NCBI GenBank assembly: GCA_025558095.1
Contig: JAIVFI010000046.1
Span: 120,332-184,331 of the forward strand
Direction of reading: 5' to 3'
From: Hyaloraphidium curvatum SAG 235-1
Taxonomy: Eukaryota > Fungi > Monoblepharomycota
Length of the DNA stretch: 64,000 bases
Within the stretch, counting starts at the first letter, position 1; each line of letters starts with the position of its first letter. The position numbers and the translations under genes are program-made. The notes beneath the pieces are model-generated. The model had not been told where the DNA came from. It searched no databases and saw only the letters and a list, made by a program, of their open reading frames with translations. This document shows, one piece after another, positions 60,976-64,000 of the stretch.

Positions 60976-63950
60976 CTACCGGTTGGTCACCCGGGTGAAG
61001 ATGGACGACATCCTGCTTCCCGCGTCCTTCGTGGGAGAGTCGCCCGCGACCTCCCGCCTGAGCCGCTCCAGGAGCTGGTCCAGGTTGCGCCGCTTCTGCT
61101 CCTGCTGCGCGTCCTTGCGCTTGAACATGCCCGAGTCGGGCGGTTGCAATCTGCGCGCGCTGTCAGCCGCGAATCCACGCTTCGGCAGAGCATGATACCC
61201 ACTTTTCGAAGAGCGAAATGGCGTCCGTGACCCGCACCCGCGGATACGACTTGGACCGGCCCTGGGGCGTCGCAAAATCCTCGGGCTTCTCCGACTGTGC
61301 GAGGTTGATGAGCTGTCGCACCTCGGCGAAGCATTCCACCACGTTGGCGTCGCCGAGCGTCGCGAGGAAGCCTTCGACGTACGAGACGTCGGCGTTGAGG
61401 GTTTCGACAAAGGCGGGGGTGATTTGGAAGATGTTGGGGTCGAGGAGGATTTTCTGGGCGAGCATGCGATGCGTCAGGTTAGGAGCGAGCACCGCAGTCA
61501 AGTCCACGCACCTTAAAGTTGTTGTTGAGGTGGTCGAAGATGTCAAAGTACACGAAGGACTTCATCCCCGCGGGCAGCGCCGACAGCGTCGACGAGATGG
61601 TGGTCGACAGCCAACCGACCATGTCCTGCAGCCACGCGCTCGGCCGCTGTGCCGCATAGGGCGCCACGAAATCGTAGTCCACGAGCTCCATGAAGTTGTC
61701 CAGCTTGTCGTTGATGATCTGGAATATCCGCTTCTCGGCCGTCTTGTGCGTGTCGCGGAAGGTCTGCACCGCGTGCAGCGTGACCTTGCCGCTGCGGTAG
61801 GCCGCGCGCTGCTCCTGCACCAGGCGCTCGAACTCGCCGCACGCGAGCTCGTAGTACGTCAGGTTGGTCACGATCTGGACGACCTGGGTCAGGTTGTTGC
61901 CCTTGAGCCGCTGGAGCAGGGCGCCGTTGACGTTGCGCGACAGCAGCGCCTCGAGCGCCTTCTTGAAGATGTCGTCCATCTCGCCGTACTGCTGCGAGAA
62001 CCCCTCGGTGAACTTGTAGAAGCCCGTAATGAAACGCTTGATGGTCGTGCAGGTCTGCGGGAAACCGCGCGAGAAGGGGAGCGTCCGAGGGAAGCCCTTG
62101 GCGGCCGTTTCCATGTCCTCCTCGATGTTGAAGGCCTTTTGGACCCCGTGGAACTCGTCCTGGCTTCGGACGGTCATGGGCGTGTAATCGTCGTCGTCCA
62201 AGATCTGTAAAGGCGGCATGTGAGCAACAACCTGGAATGGAAAGGCGCGGCGGCCCACCTTTTGGACCTTTTCTCCGGCGGTCAGTCGGAGCAGGTCCGA
62301 GTAGCGGTTGAAGAGGGAAAGAAGGAGCTCGTACAGGCGAGTGACGGGGTAGTCGTACGTCTCCATGGTGTGGATGAAGACAACAACGAGCACCTTGATC
62401 TCGAGGAAGATCTCGGGATCGTAGCAATTCAGCAGGCTGTCCCCAACGATCTTGAGGATCTTCTCGACGGCAATGTCCCACAGCGTTTCCGCGGCCGCGC
62501 GGGTCCGCAGGTTCTCGGTGGTATCGCACACCACGGATTCGATGACGAAGAAACCGACAATATCCTGGAGGTAGGTGGCAAAGGTGCCGATCTGCGCCCG
62601 GCTCGCGAGGTGGAAGGCCCCGGTGAGGACGAGGTTCAGCTGCGCCTTGCGGTTCTCGTCGTACTGCTTCTTGAACTCGTCGTCCCGCCCGAGTGTGGTA
62701 TAGATATGATGGGCCTGGTATAGGGGAATAAAGTCGACCTTGAGCTGGTCGTTGTCCACGACGTTGACTGCATGATGCGGTTCCTCAGTAAGCTATGCGC
62801 AACGCAGCGAAACGCTCGCTCACAGTCGTTCTCCTCATTCAGGGCCAGCTCCACGCTGAGGCTCATTTGCGCGAGCTGGGCCTCTCCTCCGGGTTCCGCC
62901 GCCCGTGCCCGACATGTTGACCGCGCCCTTGGGAGCCAACCCGGCCGAGGCTGATCACTGAGCCGGCACGCCGCCGCAGGTTCTCGAACTTGGACTTCTG
63001 GCGCGCCAGGGTCGCGTCCATCGCGAGTTTGCCGACCTTCCGGTGCATTTCGCGGATTTGGAACAGCCAGGTCTTCATCTGGCCGTCCACGTCGGCCATG
63101 ACCTTGCTCCGCAGTGCCGGAAAGCTCTCCTTCATGTGCTTGGCCCATTCGTAGTGGATAACATCGGGGAGGTAGTTCGTTTCCAGGTCCTCAAGCAGCT
63201 GGTAAATGGGCAATCAAGCACCGTACCCAAGAAGGCAAGCCGCCGGATGTACCTTAAGCGCGCTGTAGTACTTTTTGGCCTCCACCTGTGTGTACATCCG
63301 GTTTGATAACCGGAGCACCTCCAGGCACGTGTTGACGCCGTCCATGGTGGTTTCCAAGTTCTCCAGCACTTTTCGCTGCTTGAGGAGCTCCCGTTTCTTT
63401 CCGTGCCCGTCAGTCTAACAGTTTCAAAAATCCTTCCAGCGCGATGGTCACCTTGTTCAAGAGTCGCTGTCCTGAAGCTTGTCTCTCCTCGTTCAGCCGA
63501 ACAACGCGGTTCTTCAAGTCCGCGGCCGTCTGCCGGACCCTCAGCATCTGGTCCACCGCCTGCACGAACTCCTAGACGATATCCCGTGGTATGAGCAGTC
63601 CACACACGCGACGAATTGCGTCGGAACGCGCCTGGTAGTTATAGCTGCAGAGGCGTTCGATCTCCTCTTGCTTCGCCCTGGCAAACTTGCCCAGCTCCTC
63701 CGCGAACGACCGCTGACGCCCCGTCCGAAAGATATTCTTCAGAGTAGGAATCATGGCCTCAAACTCCGCGTCCGTCGACCCCCGAAAGTCTCCAGTGCGG
63801 TCCTGGTCAACTGTCGTTGACAGCAGCTGCGACACGAGGCCCTTCATTTCCGCGGATAGCGCCTCGGCCGCGCCCTGGGAGCCGGCCGAGATCTCGCCCT
63901 TGACGCGTTCCAAAAGGCCCAATGTCAATCGATCATCGCCGTTTCCGCTC
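60976..63950 (-). CDS. SEC15: Exocyst complex component Sec15/EXOC6, multi-exon, 5' end off-window
   Basis: EIERLCSYNYQ; VDFIPLYQAHHIYTTLG...YDENRKAQ; DIVGFFVIE; PRTLPFS; QIVTNLTYYELAC; KLDNFMELVDYD; FAEVRQLINL. Confidence 0.92.
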
Positions 63951-64000
63951 GCTCGAGACGACCGTCAGGGACTGGCCGCGGCGGGCGATCGCGCGCGATC

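Noticed and set aside
1-64000. Prokaryotic operon or contaminant interpretation; rRNA/tRNA genes
   Set aside because: Spliceosomal introns are pervasive and eukaryote-specific genes (Sec15, Ariadne, bZIP) are present. No RNA gene was recognisable by eye.

Overview
This is a GC-rich eukaryotic window with many short (~50-60 nt) spliceosomal introns. The gene content (fungal-specific TF domain, bZIP+DUF3425-like, WSC-like repeats, FRE reductase) points to a fungus, probably an early-diverging chytrid/monoblepharid-like lineage (inference). 1-42 kb holds host genes: two paralogous SDRs, a long-chain acyl-CoA synthetase, two P450s, a flavin amine oxidase, an Ariadne E3, an ankyrin protein, a WSC-repeat GPI protein, a lactonase, an inverted pair of gustatory-receptor-like 7TM genes, an MDR, a signal-peptide kinase and a head-to-head ferric reductase/Reeler pair. 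55.6-64 kb holds V-ATPase subunit a, a bZIP factor and Sec15. Between these (about 42.2-55.3 kb) is a mobile/accessory island. It contains a truncated orphan gene, an intron-containing Zisupton/KDZ-like DDE transposase and an intron-containing serine recombinase of resolvase/large-serine-recombinase type. About 570 bp upstream of the recombinase lies a perfect 15-2-15 inverted repeat shaped like a serine-recombinase crossover site. This recombinase + site + transposase module is the best candidate for an undescribed system. All calls come from manual motif reading; no searches were run, and exon boundaries and starts are approximate.
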